NCBI GenBank assembly: GCA_032128415.1
Contig: JAQBGW010000165.1
Coordinates: 1,481 to 65,480, forward strand
Length of the DNA stretch: 64,000 bases
Reading direction: 5' to 3'
Origin: Betaproteobacteria bacterium
Lineage (GTDB): Bacteria > Pseudomonadota > Gammaproteobacteria > Burkholderiales > SG8-41
The notes under the pieces were generated by a model, which ran no database searches, was not told the DNA's origin, and saw only the letters and a list, made by a program, of their open reading frames with translations. Both the position numbers and the translations under genes were made by a program. Positions 27,564 through 38,828 of this stretch are shown piece after piece (the stretch's first letter is position 1; the number at the start of each line of letters is the position of its first letter).

Positions 27564-28409
27564 TTGGCCCTGTCCACTCCCCTCATCTTCGTAATGGTCA
27601 TGATCCTGCTCGGCCTGTGCGTCGGCAGCTTTCTCAATGTCGTTATCCACCGTCTGCCGAAAATAATGGAGCGGCAGTGGCGCGCCGAGTGCGCGGAGCT
27701 TGCCGGACAGGAATCCCCGTCGCCTGAACGTTACAACCTGGTTGTGCCGCGCTCAGCGTGTCCCGCCTGCGGTCACCGGATTACTGCACTGGAAAACATA
27801 CCGGTGTTGAGTTATCTGCTGCTGCGCGGCAAATGCTCCGGGTGCAGTGCCATCATTTCACCGCGTTATCCCGCCGTAGAAATGATCACCGCTGTGTTGT
27901 CCGGCTACGTCGCCTGGCATTTCGGCTACGGCATGGCCGCCGCAGGCGCCCTGATGTTCACCTGGTCGATGATTGCGCTGACTTTCATCGACCTCGACAC
28001 CTATTACCTGCCTGACAGCATCACTCTGCCGCTGTTGTGGCTGGGGCTGCTAATTAACCTCGGCGGCACCTATGCATCGCTGTCCTCTGCCGTCATCGGC
28101 GCTGCTGCCGGTTACCTGTCTCTGTGGGCGGTGTACTGGATATTCAAATGGGCCACCGGCAAAGAAGGCATGGGTTACGGTGACTTCAAACTGCTGGCGG
28201 CTATCGGCGCATGGCTAGGCTGGCAGATGCTGCCGCTGACGATACTGCTCTCGTCTCTGGTCGGTGCGGTGATCGGTATCAGCATGATCGTACTCGCGCG
28301 ACAGGGCCGCAACGTGCCTATCCCGTTTGGCCCCTACCTTGCCATCGCGGGCATGATTGCCATGCTCTATGGCGACGCGCTGACTCGCGCTTATTTGGGC
28401 CCGATCTGA
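27564..28409 (+). CDS. pilD: Prepilin peptidase/N-methyltransferase
   Basis: GSFLNVVIHRLP, two CxxC motifs, GMGYGDFKL, IPFGPYL; start uncertain. Confidence 0.96.
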   Translation: MALSTPLIFVMVMILLGLCVGSFLNVVIHRLPKIMERQWRAECAELAGQESPSPERYNLVVPRSACPACGHRITALENIPVLSYLLLRGKCSGCSAIISPRYPAVEMITAVLSGYVAWHFGYGMAAAGALMFTWSMIALTFIDLDTYYLPDSITLPLLWLGLLINLGGTYASLSSAVIGAAAGYLSLWAVYWIFKWATGKEGMGYGDFKLLAAIGAWLGWQMLPLTILLSSLVGAVIGISMIVLARQGRNVPIPFGPYLAIAGMIAMLYGDALTRAYLGPI

Positions 28410-28412
28410 CCC

Positions 28413-29030
28413 ATGTCGTACTGCGTCGGACTCACCGGCGGGATCGGCTCAGGCAAATCACGCGCTGCGGCACTGTTTGCCGAAGGCGGTGCCTCGGTAG
28501 TCGATACCGATGCAATTTCACATGAGCTCACCGGCACGAATGGCGCCGCGATGCCGGACATCCGCGCGACTTTCGGCGCCGCTGTGCTTGCTGCTGACGG
28601 CAGCTTGAATCGCGCCGCGATGCGCGAGCGAGTCTTCAGCAATTCCGAAGATCGGCAACGCCTGGAAAATGTGCTGCATCCGCTGATCCAGGAACGCGCG
28701 CGCGAACGGATGCGCCGGTCCGTAGCACCCTATACACTGCTGGTGGTGCCGTTGCTACTGGAAACCGGCGCCTACCGCGATCTCATCGACCGTGTGCTGG
28801 TCGTGGACTGCTCCGAATCCCAGCAAATCGCCCGTACCATGGCACGCAGCGGAATTACTGAAGATGCGGTTCGGGCAATCATGGCGGCACAACTGCCGCG
28901 TGCGCAACGATTAGCCCGCGCCGATGACGTGATCCGCAACGATGGCGACATTGCTCAACTGCAAACTCAGGTCTTGAATTTGCACCGGCAATATCTACAG
29001 TACGGATCGACAGAGCCGGACAACCACTAA
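28413..29030 (+). CDS. coaE: Dephospho-CoA kinase
   Basis: GLTGGIGSGKS, HPLI, VPLLLE. Confidence 0.97.
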   Translation: MSYCVGLTGGIGSGKSRAAALFAEGGASVVDTDAISHELTGTNGAAMPDIRATFGAAVLAADGSLNRAAMRERVFSNSEDRQRLENVLHPLIQERARERMRRSVAPYTLLVVPLLLETGAYRDLIDRVLVVDCSESQQIARTMARSGITEDAVRAIMAAQLPRAQRLARADDVIRNDGDIAQLQTQVLNLHRQYLQYGSTEPDNH

Positions 29031-29082
29031 TGCACTGTAAGCCTTTATTTTTTCTGGATTTTGTCCGATACTCAGACAACTG

Positions 29083-29871
29083 ATGCCCAACACCATCCCA
29101 GCGGGCGACACGGACGTGATTGTTTACGAACATCCCCTGAGCGAACGGGTACGCACTCTGTTGCGACTGGAGGATTTGTTTGAGCGCATCGATTACTTCA
29201 TGGGCAAGATCGATGCCCCGGAACATCATGTCGCGCTGCTGCTGATTTTCGAGATTCTCGAGGTAGCCGGTCGCGCCGATCTCAAATCCGACTTGCTGCA
29301 GGAACTCGAGCGCCAGAAACAAACGCTGGAGTCACTGCGCGACAATCCGGACATTTCCGAAGAGGCACTCGACAACGTGCTGTGGCAGATCGACCAGGCT
29401 TCATCGCGCATTTACCAGACATCGGGCAAGGTCGGGCAGGAGCTTCGCGAAAACGAATGGCTGATGAGCATCAAGCAGCGCACCGGCATCCCCGGCGGGG
29501 TCTGCGAGTTTGATCTGCCGTCCTACCATTACTGGCTGCAGCAGAACGCCGAGTTGCGACGCCACGATCTGCAGCAGTGGCTGGCGCCATTCCTGCCGAC
29601 ACGCGATGCCATCAGCATCGTATTGAGGTTACTGCGCGAGAGCGGCAAGACCACGACGCAAACGGCGCATCAAGGCGTCTATCAGCAGATGATGGCGGGA
29701 CGCCTGGCGCAGATGCTGCGCATCCGGCTGTCGAGCGACTACAGCTGTCTGCCTGAGATCAGCGCGAACAAATATGCGCTGAATATCCGCTTCACGACGC
29801 AGGAGGGCATGCGCCGCCCGAAGGCGTCAGACACGGATGTGGAATTCGAATTGACTTTCTGTACGCTCTGA
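29083..29871 (+). CDS. zapD: Cell division protein ZapD
   Basis: [35 protein letters not shown]. Confidence 0.96.
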   Translation: MPNTIPAGDTDVIVYEHPLSERVRTLLRLEDLFERIDYFMGKIDAPEHHVALLLIFEILEVAGRADLKSDLLQELERQKQTLESLRDNPDISEEALDNVLWQIDQASSRIYQTSGKVGQELRENEWLMSIKQRTGIPGGVCEFDLPSYHYWLQQNAELRRHDLQQWLAPFLPTRDAISIVLRLLRESGKTTTQTAHQGVYQQMMAGRLAQMLRIRLSSDYSCLPEISANKYALNIRFTTQEGMRRPKASDTDVEFELTFCTL

Positions 29872-29873
29872 CG

Positions 29874-30086
29874 ATGGTGGCGCGTCTGGTGGGATGCCCG
29901 CAGTGCGGCACGATGATCGAGTGGAATCTGCAGAACCGCTTCCGCCCTTTCTGTTCGGAGCGTTGCAAAATGATCGATCTCGGCGCCTGGGCATCGGAGA
30001 GTTATCGTGTACCGGTCGTGGAGATTGACGAATCCGACGATGTGCTGCCGGATGATGCGGGCGACTCCGGAATCAGGCAGAACTAG
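29874..30086 (+). CDS. yacG: DNA gyrase inhibitor YacG
   Basis: [25 protein letters not shown]. Confidence 0.96.
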   Translation: MVARLVGCPQCGTMIEWNLQNRFRPFCSERCKMIDLGAWASESYRVPVVEIDESDDVLPDDAGDSGIRQN

Positions 30087-31074
30087 GATTAGTTGACGGG
30101 TCAGGGCCTGTTAATTGGCCCTTAATCCAAGCCCCGCGCACCATCGCCAATCCCTGCGCGCCGCAAATCAGCGCCTGGGGCAAATCGCCCGGTTGTAGCC
30201 CGCCCAGCGCATAAACCGGCAGTCGTGCATCCGCAGCCATCGTGCGGAAACCATCCCATCCCAGTAATGCCGCGTCCGGATGTGTAGGCGTCGCGCACAC
30301 CGGCCCCAGTACTGCGAAATCCAGCCCCAGTGCTGCCGCCCTGGCAATATCCGCAGTGTCATGGCACGACGCCGCGACCAGCCCCATTTTCGGTCGGATG
30401 TCGATGGCCTGTAACTGGCTGGCCGTCAGATGTAAGCCGTCGGCACCGACGCGTCCGGCCAGCGCAACATCACTGTTGATCATAACTTTTGCGTGGTACT
30501 GGTGTGCGAGCGTCACGACTGCTGCGGCAAAAGTTTCCCGCAACCCGACCGGCCAGTCCTGCGCGCGGACCTGAATCAAACGCAGACCGTGATCAAGCGC
30601 AACCGCAATGCGGTCGAGTGCGTGCTTATGATCTGCTGCTGAAAACCCGGTGATCGCGTAAATCTCCGGCAGCGCCAGAGCAGCGAAAATCGGACCATTA
30701 GCCGGCAATACCGGCGCGACATCAATCGCCCCCAGCCGCTGCCATGCGAATGCCTGCGCTTCGCGACCCTGCAATTCACCGTGCCAGGCGCGCACCCGGA
30801 AAAAATGCAAGCGCACGGCAGCATGCGGGTAATCAAATTCTCGAATGAACCAGGGCCAGGCAGTATTAACCGTAATGCCGAGCTCTTCTTGTAATTCACG
30901 CTTAAGCGCAGCTTGCGGCAATTCGCCGTCTTCAACTTTGCCGCCGGGAAATTCCCAGTAGCCAGCATAGGCCTTGCCCGGCGGACGCTGTGCCAGCAGA
31001 AAACGGCCGTCCAGCTGCTGGATGACAGCGGCTACAACGTCAATGCGCCGGCGCCCGGCGGGCGGCGCAGACAT
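30073..31074 (-). CDS. MutT-like Nudix hydrolase fused to a thiamine-phosphate synthase-like domain
   Basis: [15 protein letters not shown] Nudix box, then a ThiE-like domain (IQVR, DGLHL, ASCH, ALGG). Confidence 0.92.
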   Translation of the reverse strand: MSAPPAGRRRIDVVAAVIQQLDGRFLLAQRPPGKAYAGYWEFPGGKVEDGELPQAALKRELQEELGITVNTAWPWFIREFDYPHAAVRLHFFRVRAWHGELQGREAQAFAWQRLGAIDVAPVLPANGPIFAALALPEIYAITGFSAADHKHALDRIAVALDHGLRLIQVRAQDWPVGLRETFAAAVVTLAHQYHAKVMINSDVALAGRVGADGLHLTASQLQAIDIRPKMGLVAASCHDTADIARAAALGLDFAVLGPVCATPTHPDAALLGWDGFRTMAADARLPVYALGGLQPGDLPQALICGAQGLAMVRGAWIKGQLTGPDPSTNPSSA

Positions 31075-31080
31075 GCAGAT

Positions 31081-31986
31081 TTACTTGCGGCGCGAGAGCC
31101 GCGTGCGGCCCGCCCAGTCACGGGCAAACTGCCACGCCACCCGGCCGCTGCGTGAGCCGCGCGACAGCGCCCATTGCAGCGCGGCGTGCTCCAAATCGGC
31201 GCTCTTGCCGGACACTTTGAAGTGATCCAGCCACACATGAACGATGCGCAGGTACTCGTCCTGATCGAACGGATAGAACGACACCCAAAGGCCGAAGCGT
31301 TCCGACAGCGAGACTTTTTCTTCGCTGGTTTCGCCAGGGTGGATTTCTTCGCCGACATGCTGATACTCTAGATTTTCGTGCATGAATTCCGGCATCAGGT
31401 GGCGCCGGTTCGAAGTGGCATAGATCAGGCAGTTTTCGGAAGCCGCAGCCACCGATCCATCGAGCACTACCTTCAACGCCTTGTACCCGGGCTCATCGGC
31501 TTCAAACGACAAATCATCGCAATACAGAACGTAGCGTTCCGGCCGCGCGTGGATCAATTCAACGATATCCGGAAGATCTGTCAGGTCGCGCTTCTCGACC
31601 TCGATCACGCGCAGACCCCGCGGCGCATACTTGTTGAGCAACGCTTTGATCAGCGAGGATTTACCAGTGCCGCGCGCGCCGGTCAGCAATACGTTGTTCG
31701 CGGGCAGACCGTCGACAAACTGTCGAGTATTGCGCTCGACGCGTTCTTTCTGTTCGTCAATGCCGCACAGATCGCGCAAATCGATGCGATGCACGTGATG
31801 TATTGGTTCGAGTACAGCCTGCGCCCCTTTCTTGCGCCAGCGGTACGCGATTGAGGCCTGCCAATCCACATCGGGTACCGGCGCCGGCAACAGTTGTTCA
31901 AGCCGCACCAGCAAACCTTCGGCGCGAGCAAGCAGCGCTTCAACAGTTACTGGCCGAGGCGCACGCTGTGGCTTTATCGTTTTCAT
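31081..31986 (-). CDS. DUF815-family AAA+ ATPase
   Basis: ANNVLLTGARGTGKSS, CDDLSF, YATSNRRHL, GSRSGRVAWQF. Confidence 0.92.
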   Translation of the reverse strand: MKTIKPQRAPRPVTVEALLARAEGLLVRLEQLLPAPVPDVDWQASIAYRWRKKGAQAVLEPIHHVHRIDLRDLCGIDEQKERVERNTRQFVDGLPANNVLLTGARGTGKSSLIKALLNKYAPRGLRVIEVEKRDLTDLPDIVELIHARPERYVLYCDDLSFEADEPGYKALKVVLDGSVAAASENCLIYATSNRRHLMPEFMHENLEYQHVGEEIHPGETSEEKVSLSERFGLWVSFYPFDQDEYLRIVHVWLDHFKVSGKSADLEHAALQWALSRGSRSGRVAWQFARDWAGRTRLSRRK

Positions 31987-32010
31987 AACACATTGATTAT
32001 AAAGAACTAA

Positions 32011-33249
32011 TTAGCTTCTGTAATCGGCATTGATACTGACGTAATCGTGCGACAGATCGCAGGTCCACACCACCGCCGACGCGCGCCCGCGATTGAGCAC
32101 GACACGCACGGTGATTTCCGCCTGCTGCATCACGCGCTGGCCGTCTGCTTCCCGATACCCGGGATGACGCCCGCCATGCTGCGCCACCAGCACATCGTCG
32201 AGGTAGAGTTCAACACCATCCACGTCGAGGTCCGCAATGCCGGCATAACCGATGGCCGCAAGGATGCGGCCGAGATTGGGATCGGAAGCAAAGAATGCGG
32301 TCTTGATCAAAGGCGAATGCGCGATCGCATAGGCGACCTTGCGGCATTCATCTGCGTTGCGCCCCGCTTCAACACGCACCGTAATGAATTTTGTTGCGCC
32401 TTCGCCGTCACGCACTATGGCTTGTGCCAGCGTGATTGCGACCGCCGTCACGGCATCGCGAAAAGCCAGATAGTCAGCGCTTTTGGCATCGGTAATTTCA
32501 GGCATTGTCGCCTTGCCCGTTGCCATCAGTACGAAGCTGTCGTTGGTCGAGGTATCGCCATCGACGGTAATGCAATTGAACGAATGCTGCGCGGCGTGGG
32601 ACACTGCTGCCCTGACCAGCGGATGACTGACCCGTGCGTCAGTGGCAACGAACCCGAGCATGGTCGCCATGCCTGGATGAATCATGCCCGCGCCCTTGGC
32701 AATGCCGGTCACCGTGATGGTGGTCCCGCTCACCGGAAACTGCTGCGACACTGCCTTCGGCACCGTGTCAGTAGTCATGATCGCCTCGGCCGCTTCCGCC
32801 CACGCTGCCGCTTTCAGTGCGGCCAGGCATTGCGGCAGGCCGGCAGAGATCCGCTCCACCGGCAGCGGCTCCATGATGACGCCGGTCGAAAATGGCAATA
32901 TCTGCGTCGCGGTACAGCCGAGCAGTTGCGCTGCATCCGCGCAGGTTTGCCGCGCATGGGCAAGGCCCGCCTGGCCGGTCCCGGCGTTGGCCACGCCGGT
33001 GTTGATCACCAGCGCACGCACACCATTGTCCGGATCGACCATCGACAAATGCTGCCTCGCCACCACCACCGGCGCAGCACAGAACCGGTTTTGCGTAAAT
33101 ACGCCGGCAACCCGGGCGCCGGCCTCCAGCCGGATCAGCAGCAGATCCTTACGTCCCGTCTTGCGCATGCCTGCCTGCGCCACGCCCAGCTCAACACCCG
33201 CAACGGGCAACAGCGCGTGTGGATCGGGTGGCGCAAGATTGACTGGCAT
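32011..33249 (-). CDS. argJ: Bifunctional ornithine acetyltransferase/N-acetylglutamate synthase
   Basis: [36 protein letters not shown]; start at MPVNL. Confidence 0.97.
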   Translation of the reverse strand: MPVNLAPPDPHALLPVAGVELGVAQAGMRKTGRKDLLLIRLEAGARVAGVFTQNRFCAAPVVVARQHLSMVDPDNGVRALVINTGVANAGTGQAGLAHARQTCADAAQLLGCTATQILPFSTGVIMEPLPVERISAGLPQCLAALKAAAWAEAAEAIMTTDTVPKAVSQQFPVSGTTITVTGIAKGAGMIHPGMATMLGFVATDARVSHPLVRAAVSHAAQHSFNCITVDGDTSTNDSFVLMATGKATMPEITDAKSADYLAFRDAVTAVAITLAQAIVRDGEGATKFITVRVEAGRNADECRKVAYAIAHSPLIKTAFFASDPNLGRILAAIGYAGIADLDVDGVELYLDDVLVAQHGGRHPGYREADGQRVMQQAEITVRVVLNRGRASAVVWTCDLSHDYVSINADYRS

Positions 33250-33253
33250 GGGA

Positions 33254-36070
33254 TCAGGACAGCTTGCCGTGGCAGTGTTTGTATTTTTTCCCGGAACCGC
33301 AGGGACAAATGTCGTTGCGGCCCACTTTCTGGCCACCACGCACAAAAGGGCGTGCCGGTTCCTCTGCGGTTCCAGCGCCGTCGTCGATCGCGGCCGCCTC
33401 GGGAATGTGATCCCTTGCAGCATCAGTCGTGGCATCGGCATGCTGGTATTGCACGTTGGCGAGTTGCTCACGCTCCTCGGCCGCGCGCAATTCTTCTGCA
33501 CTGCGTATCTGCACCGTCATCAGGATGCGCGTGACATCGGTCTTGATCATGTCGAGCAGGAGAGAAAACAGCTCGAACGCCTCGCGTTTGTATTCCTGTG
33601 TCGGATTTTTCTGCGCGTAACCCCGCAGATGAATGCCCTGGCGCAACTGATCCAGCGCCGCAAGATTCTCCCGCCAGTGCGAGTCAACGCTCTGCAGCAT
33701 GATGGCGCGCTCGTACTGGCGCATGGCTACCGACTCGACCACAGCCGTTTTCGTAGCGTATTGCGTGTGCGCCGTCTCAATGATGCGCTGCCGCAGCAGC
33801 TCTTCCTCCAGCTGCGGATTTTCCTTCATCCACTGCGTTACCGGCACCTCCAGCGTGAACTCGCTGCGCAATGTCTTTTCCAGACCCTCCGCATCCCATT
33901 GTTCCTCGAGACTGCCCGGCGGGATGTGCTGGCCGAAAAAATTGCCGATCACATCACCACGCATGGCTGTGATGGTTTCCGTGATATCAGAACTGTTCAG
34001 CAGTTCATTGCGCTGCTGATAAATGACCTTGCGCTGGTCATTGGCAACGTCGTCATATTCAAGCAGGTGCTTGCGCATGTCGAAGTTGCGCGCCTCGACC
34101 TTGCGTTGCGCATTCTCAATGGAGCGTGTCACCCACGGATGCTCAATGGCTTCGCCGTCAGGCATCTTCAGCTTGTCCATGATCGCCGCGACGCGGTCGG
34201 ACGCAAATATGCGCAGCAGCGCATCGTCCAGCGCAAGATAAAAACGGCTGGAGCCCGGGTCACCCTGCCGTCCGGAGCGCCCGCGCAACTGGTTGTCGAT
34301 CCGCCTCGACTCATGGCGCTCGGTGCCGATGATATGCAAGCCGCCTGATTTGACTACCAGGTCATGGCGCTGCTTCCACTCCTCGCGCAGCACTGCTGCG
34401 CGCTGCCGGCGGGCAGCTTCACTCACACTGTCGTCGGCCATCAAGCGCTCGATCTCCGGCTCCGGATTGCCGCCGAGTACGATGTCCGTGCCCCGACCCG
34501 CCATGTTGGTGGCGATGGTAATGATTTCGGGACGCCCCGCCTGAATCACGATCTCCGCCTCGCTGGCATGCTGTTTGGCGTTGAGCACATTGTGCGGCAA
34601 CTTCTCCTGCTTGAGCATTCCCGAGATGTACTCTGAGTTCTCGATGGACGTAGTGCCGACAAGAACCGGCTGGCCGCGTTCATGGCATTCGCGAATATCG
34701 TTGATGATGGCCTGGTATTTTTCCCGCGCAGTGCGGAACACCTGGTCCATGCGGTCATCGCGAATCATTGTGTGGTGCGTCGGAATTATCACGGTCTCCA
34801 GTCCGTAAATCTGCTGGAACTCGTAGGCTTCGGTATCAGCCGTTCCCGTCATGCCGGAGAGCTTCTTGTACATGCGGAAGTAGTTCTGGAACGTAATCGT
34901 GGCGAGCGTCTGGTTTTCCTTCTGGATCTCCACGCCTTCCTTGGCCTCGATTGCCTGATGCAGACCGTCGGACCAGCGGCGCCCTGGCATCAACCGACCG
35001 GTGAACTCGTCAACGATGATGATCTCATTGCCCTGAACTACGTATTGCTGGTCACGATGGAACAGGTTCTGCGCGCGCAGCGCCGCATTGAGGTGATGCA
35101 TCAGGCCGATATTGGCAGCGTCATACAAGCTGCCGCCTTCCGGCAACAATCCCGCCTGCGCCAGCAACGCTTCGGCGTGTTCATGCCCCTCCTCCGAGAG
35201 GGTTACCTGGTGTCCCTTCTCATCAACCCAAAAATCTCCCTCGGTCTTCTCCTCCTTCTGCCGCACAAGCTTTGGCGCAATGGTGTTCATGCGCAGATAC
35301 AGGTCGGTGGTGTCTTCAGCCTGGCCAGAGATGATCAAGGGTGTGCGGGCTTCATCGATCAGTATCGAGTCCACTTCGTCAACGATTGCGAAGACCAGGC
35401 CGCGCTGCACCTTCTCCGACAACTCATACACCATGTTGTCGCGAAGATAGTCAAAGCCGAACTCGTTATTGGTGCCGTAGGTAATATCGGAGAGATAGGC
35501 CTGCTGTTTGGGTTCATGCTCCATCTGCGACAGATTGACGCCGACGGTGAGCCCGAGGAAACGGTAGATGCGTCCCATCCAGTCGGCGTCGCGCTGCGCA
35601 AGGTAATCGTTGACCGTCACAATATGCACGCCGGTACCGGCCAATGCATTGAGATACGCTGGCAGTGTCGCAACCAGCGTCTTGCCTTCGCCCGTGCGCA
35701 TTTCGGCAATCTTGCCGTTGTGCAGGGTAATGCCGCCGATCAACTGCACGTCGAAGTGCCGCATGCCGAGCACGCGTTTTCCGGTTTCGCGCACTACCGC
35801 AAACGCCTCCGGCAGCAGCACCTCCAGCGCGGCGCGGCGGCGTTCGAGTAGCCTATCCTGCGCTGCTGGCTCAACCTCGGTCGCGCCATCTGCAGCTACC
35901 GATTTTGCGAATCGATCGCGAAATTCTGCGGTTTTGGCCCGTAACTGATCGTCCGACAGTGCCGCCATTTGCGGCTCCAGCGCATTGATGGCACGAACCG
36001 TACGGCTATATTGTTTGAGCAGGCGATCGTTGCGGCTGCCGAATACTTTCTTCAATAAACCGGTAATCAT
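33254..36070 (-). CDS. secA: Preprotein translocase ATPase SecA
   Basis: [32 protein letters not shown]-terminal [14 protein letters not shown]. Confidence 0.99.
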   Translation of the reverse strand: MITGLLKKVFGSRNDRLLKQYSRTVRAINALEPQMAALSDDQLRAKTAEFRDRFAKSVAADGATEVEPAAQDRLLERRRAALEVLLPEAFAVVRETGKRVLGMRHFDVQLIGGITLHNGKIAEMRTGEGKTLVATLPAYLNALAGTGVHIVTVNDYLAQRDADWMGRIYRFLGLTVGVNLSQMEHEPKQQAYLSDITYGTNNEFGFDYLRDNMVYELSEKVQRGLVFAIVDEVDSILIDEARTPLIISGQAEDTTDLYLRMNTIAPKLVRQKEEKTEGDFWVDEKGHQVTLSEEGHEHAEALLAQAGLLPEGGSLYDAANIGLMHHLNAALRAQNLFHRDQQYVVQGNEIIIVDEFTGRLMPGRRWSDGLHQAIEAKEGVEIQKENQTLATITFQNYFRMYKKLSGMTGTADTEAYEFQQIYGLETVIIPTHHTMIRDDRMDQVFRTAREKYQAIINDIRECHERGQPVLVGTTSIENSEYISGMLKQEKLPHNVLNAKQHASEAEIVIQAGRPEIITIATNMAGRGTDIVLGGNPEPEIERLMADDSVSEAARRQRAAVLREEWKQRHDLVVKSGGLHIIGTERHESRRIDNQLRGRSGRQGDPGSSRFYLALDDALLRIFASDRVAAIMDKLKMPDGEAIEHPWVTRSIENAQRKVEARNFDMRKHLLEYDDVANDQRKVIYQQRNELLNSSDITETITAMRGDVIGNFFGQHIPPGSLEEQWDAEGLEKTLRSEFTLEVPVTQWMKENPQLEEELLRQRIIETAHTQYATKTAVVESVAMRQYERAIMLQSVDSHWRENLAALDQLRQGIHLRGYAQKNPTQEYKREAFELFSLLLDMIKTDVTRILMTVQIRSAEELRAAEEREQLANVQYQHADATTDAARDHIPEAAAIDDGAGTAEEPARPFVRGGQKVGRNDICPCGSGKKYKHCHGKLS

Positions 36071-36083
36071 CAAAATTCCGAAT

Positions 36084-36110
36084 AAAAAAGGGGTGGGATA
36101 ATCCCACCCC
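36084..36110 (-). terminator. Terminator-like hairpin between the M23 peptidase gene and secA
   Basis: Minus strand GGGGTGGGATTATCCCACCCC followed by TTTTTT. Confidence 0.75.
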
Positions 36111-36136
36111 GCAATTCCTGAACTCAGTGCCTTCGA

Positions 36137-37054
36137 TCAGCCGGGCAATTGCAAAAACTGCGAAGGGTTGCGTGCCGCACCACGCTGGCGCACCTCAAAA
36201 TGCAGATGTGCGCCCGTTGCGCGACCGGTTCTGCCTACTGCGGCGATTCGCGAACCGCGCAACACCACGTCGCCAATTTTAACAAACCGCTTGGATGCAT
36301 GTGCGTAACGCGAGATCAAATCATTGCCGTGATCAATCTCTATCATATTACCATATTGAGGGTGAAAATCTGCGTAGACAACTACTCCGGCAGCCGCCGC
36401 GTGGATCGGTGTACCCACTTCGGCCAGGAAGTCGATACCCTCATGAAAAGCACGCTGCCCGGTGAACGGATCGATGCGCCATCCGTAGTTGGACGAATAC
36501 CATCCGCCTGCGACCGGAAGCTTGGTGGGGGTCAGTTTTTTACGCGCGCTTTCCTGCGTATACATGGATTCCAGCAAACCCAACTTATCGCCGCGATCCT
36601 CCAACTGGTGCGTCAGCAATTCGATCTGCGCGGTGAAATCTCCGAGCGAAATATTCTGGCTGGGCACCGAGGAAATTGCGCCCCCTCGTCCCGGAACCTC
36701 ACTGAACATCAGTTCCTGCTGCTTGAAACCCGCCAGCTTGGCGAGGCGTTCGCCCAGCGAATCCAGCCGCAGCAACTGTGCCTGCATCTGGCCCAGACGG
36801 ATCGCCATTGCGTTCAGATTGTCCTGCAGATAGGACTGGGTACGCCGTTGCTGCTGCTCCTGGATCACCACCAGCATATCCCTGACGTACGGAATATTCA
36901 GCTCGGCAGCGTAGCGCAACAGTCCATAATTCATCGCGCCGGCCAACGCCAATATCGTCGCCAGCATCAGCGCAACGGATGCAATCAGGTGCGGCCAGCC
37001 CAAAGTAATAGTGCGGGCCTTTGGCAGCTTCTCGGAAACCAGAATAATATTCAC
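36137..37054 (-). CDS. M23-family metallopeptidase
   Basis: N-terminal TM and coiled coil; HEGID, YAH, HLHFEV motifs. Confidence 0.94.
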   Translation of the reverse strand: MNIILVSEKLPKARTITLGWPHLIASVALMLATILALAGAMNYGLLRYAAELNIPYVRDMLVVIQEQQQRRTQSYLQDNLNAMAIRLGQMQAQLLRLDSLGERLAKLAGFKQQELMFSEVPGRGGAISSVPSQNISLGDFTAQIELLTHQLEDRGDKLGLLESMYTQESARKKLTPTKLPVAGGWYSSNYGWRIDPFTGQRAFHEGIDFLAEVGTPIHAAAAGVVVYADFHPQYGNMIEIDHGNDLISRYAHASKRFVKIGDVVLRGSRIAAVGRTGRATGAHLHFEVRQRGAARNPSQFLQLPG

Positions 37055-37076
37055 AGTTCAAAACTCCCTATTCGCC

Positions 37077-37517
37077 ATGCCCACCCGAAAACTCAGCGCC
37101 CTGCTTGTAGATACTGAGGGCTTATCGGTACTAACCCAGGCAACGCAGCGCATCGCAGCGCTGCAACGGCTCTATGTAATCTGCGCGCCCCCTGATCTGA
37201 CACAGGCAAGTCGTGTGGTCAGCGACCGCAACGGCATACTGGTCATAGCAACAGATAACGGCGCAATCGCGGCGAAACTGCAGCAACTGACGCCCCGACT
37301 GCTTAAGAACCTGCAAAATCAAGCAGTTGAGGTTACTGGAATCCGGGTGGAAGTTCAAGTTAGCCGGGGTCGGCAGGATTCGGTATCTCGGCCCGAAAAA
37401 CCACTATTACCCGTTGATTTAATTGATAATTTTGAGGATTTGTCGCGGCGCGTCAAGGATCCAGGACTGAGCGCAGCATTGGGCCGATTCGCCAGCCGGC
37501 GTCGTAGTCGGCCCTGA
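37077..37517 (+). CDS. DciA/DUF721-family protein
   Basis: NGAIAAKLQQLTPRLL motif; conserved position between lpxC and the M23/secA genes. Confidence 0.8.
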   Translation: MPTRKLSALLVDTEGLSVLTQATQRIAALQRLYVICAPPDLTQASRVVSDRNGILVIATDNGAIAAKLQQLTPRLLKNLQNQAVEVTGIRVEVQVSRGRQDSVSRPEKPLLPVDLIDNFEDLSRRVKDPGLSAALGRFASRRRSRP

Positions 37518-37537
37518 TGCCGGCCCGCCCAGCGCGG

Positions 37538-37723
37538 CTACACCACCATCAACAGCCGCTCGGCGACGTAAAAAACCATCACCAGCAGCACCAGAATCAA
37601 TGCAAAGAGGAACGTCCGCCAGGCAAAACGCAAATAGCGACGCTGCCGGGTTATCGCATACAGGGCAAGGGAAGCCACCACTGTAATCAGCAGCAGGATT
37701 CCACATACGCGAAGTATCAGCAT
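37538..37723 (-). CDS. Small two-TM membrane protein
   Basis: 61 aa, two hydrophobic helices separated by TRQRRYLRFA; GGAGG RBS; downstream of lpxC. Confidence 0.65.
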   Translation of the reverse strand: MLILRVCGILLLITVVASLALYAITRQRRYLRFAWRTFLFALILVLLVMVFYVAERLLMVV

Positions 37724-37762
37724 CCGGGACCACCTCCGACCGCAGACCAGCCGGCGGCAAAA

Positions 37763-38674
37763 TCAGGCGGTTTGGGGCTGCCAGGCCAGAAACGGTGGCG
37801 CATCTTCCACGCGGTCAAAACTGACGTATTCCCATGCCGCTATTTCTTCCAGCAGGCAACGCAGCAGGCGGTTATTCATGGCATGACCCGACTTGTGCCC
37901 GCTGAATGCGCCGATCACCGGGTGACCAAGCAGGTAGAGGTCGCCGATGGCATCGAGCACCTTGTGCTTGACGAATTCATTGTCGTAACGCAATCCGTCG
38001 GTATTCAGAACCCGGTATTCATCCATGACGATGGCGTTGTCTAGGCTGCCGCCCAGCGCCAGCCCCTGGGAACGCATGCTCTCGACGTCCTGCATGAAGC
38101 CGAAGGTCCGGGCGCGCGCCACTTCCTTGACGTACGACGTGCTGGCGAAATCAACAATGACCGTCTGCGCCGCAGCATCAAACACGGGGTGCGCGTAATC
38201 GATGGCGAGTTCCAGCCGAAATCCGTTATAGGGCTCGAAACGCACCCATTTGTCACCGTCGCGGACCTCGACCGATTTCAGGATGCGGATGAATTTCTTC
38301 GGCGCCAGCTGCTCCTCAATGCCCGCCGACTGCAGCAGAAATACAAAGGGGCCGGCGCTGCCATCCATAATCGGCACTTCCGGTGCGGTGACATCCACAT
38401 AGGCATTGTCCACGCCCAGCCCAGCCAGCGCGGACATCAGGTGTTCAACCGTCTGCACGCGCACACCATCACGCTCCAGACACGACGACAGGCGCGTATC
38501 GCCAACAGCATAGGGATCCGCCTTGATCTCAACCGGATGATCAAGATCCGTGCGCCGGAACACGATGCCGGTGTGCGGCTGTGCCGGGCGCAGGGTCAGG
38601 TGAACCTTTTCGCCGGTATGCAGACCTACGCCCGTGGCGTGAACCGTGTTTTTTAATGTGCGCTGTTTAATCAT
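37763..38674 (-). CDS. lpxC: UDP-3-O-acyl-N-acetylglucosamine deacetylase
   Basis: [35 protein letters not shown]. Confidence 0.98.
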   Translation of the reverse strand: MIKQRTLKNTVHATGVGLHTGEKVHLTLRPAQPHTGIVFRRTDLDHPVEIKADPYAVGDTRLSSCLERDGVRVQTVEHLMSALAGLGVDNAYVDVTAPEVPIMDGSAGPFVFLLQSAGIEEQLAPKKFIRILKSVEVRDGDKWVRFEPYNGFRLELAIDYAHPVFDAAAQTVIVDFASTSYVKEVARARTFGFMQDVESMRSQGLALGGSLDNAIVMDEYRVLNTDGLRYDNEFVKHKVLDAIGDLYLLGHPVIGAFSGHKSGHAMNNRLLRCLLEEIAAWEYVSFDRVEDAPPFLAWQPQTA

Positions 38675-38769
38675 GATCAGAATTACCGCAGCCTCTGCAA
38701 TCGATGCCATGCGACTTGGCGGGTCGGGCCGGCGATTTTACCATGCTGCAACCTTGCGGGCGGAGCATC

Positions 38770-38813
38770 CCGGCGGGCGGACAGTGGGGAAGTCCGCACG
38801 CCCGCCGGTTTTT
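38770..38813. terminator. GC-rich hairpin just downstream of ftsZ
   Basis: CCGGCGGGCG...CGCCCGCCGG stem; the T run is on the plus strand, so polarity is unclear. Confidence 0.45.
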
Positions 38814-38828
38814 GCCGTCATTCCGCTG

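Noticed and set aside
30073..31074. Nudix-ThiE fusion as a novelty
   Set aside because: This fusion is common next to argJ/secA in beta- and gammaproteobacteria.
32011..33501. Long N-terminal extensions given by the ORF track (argJ, murG, murD, recQ, pyrC, ffh and others)
   Set aside because: They overlap upstream genes or lack RBS and homology; downstream starts fit the families.
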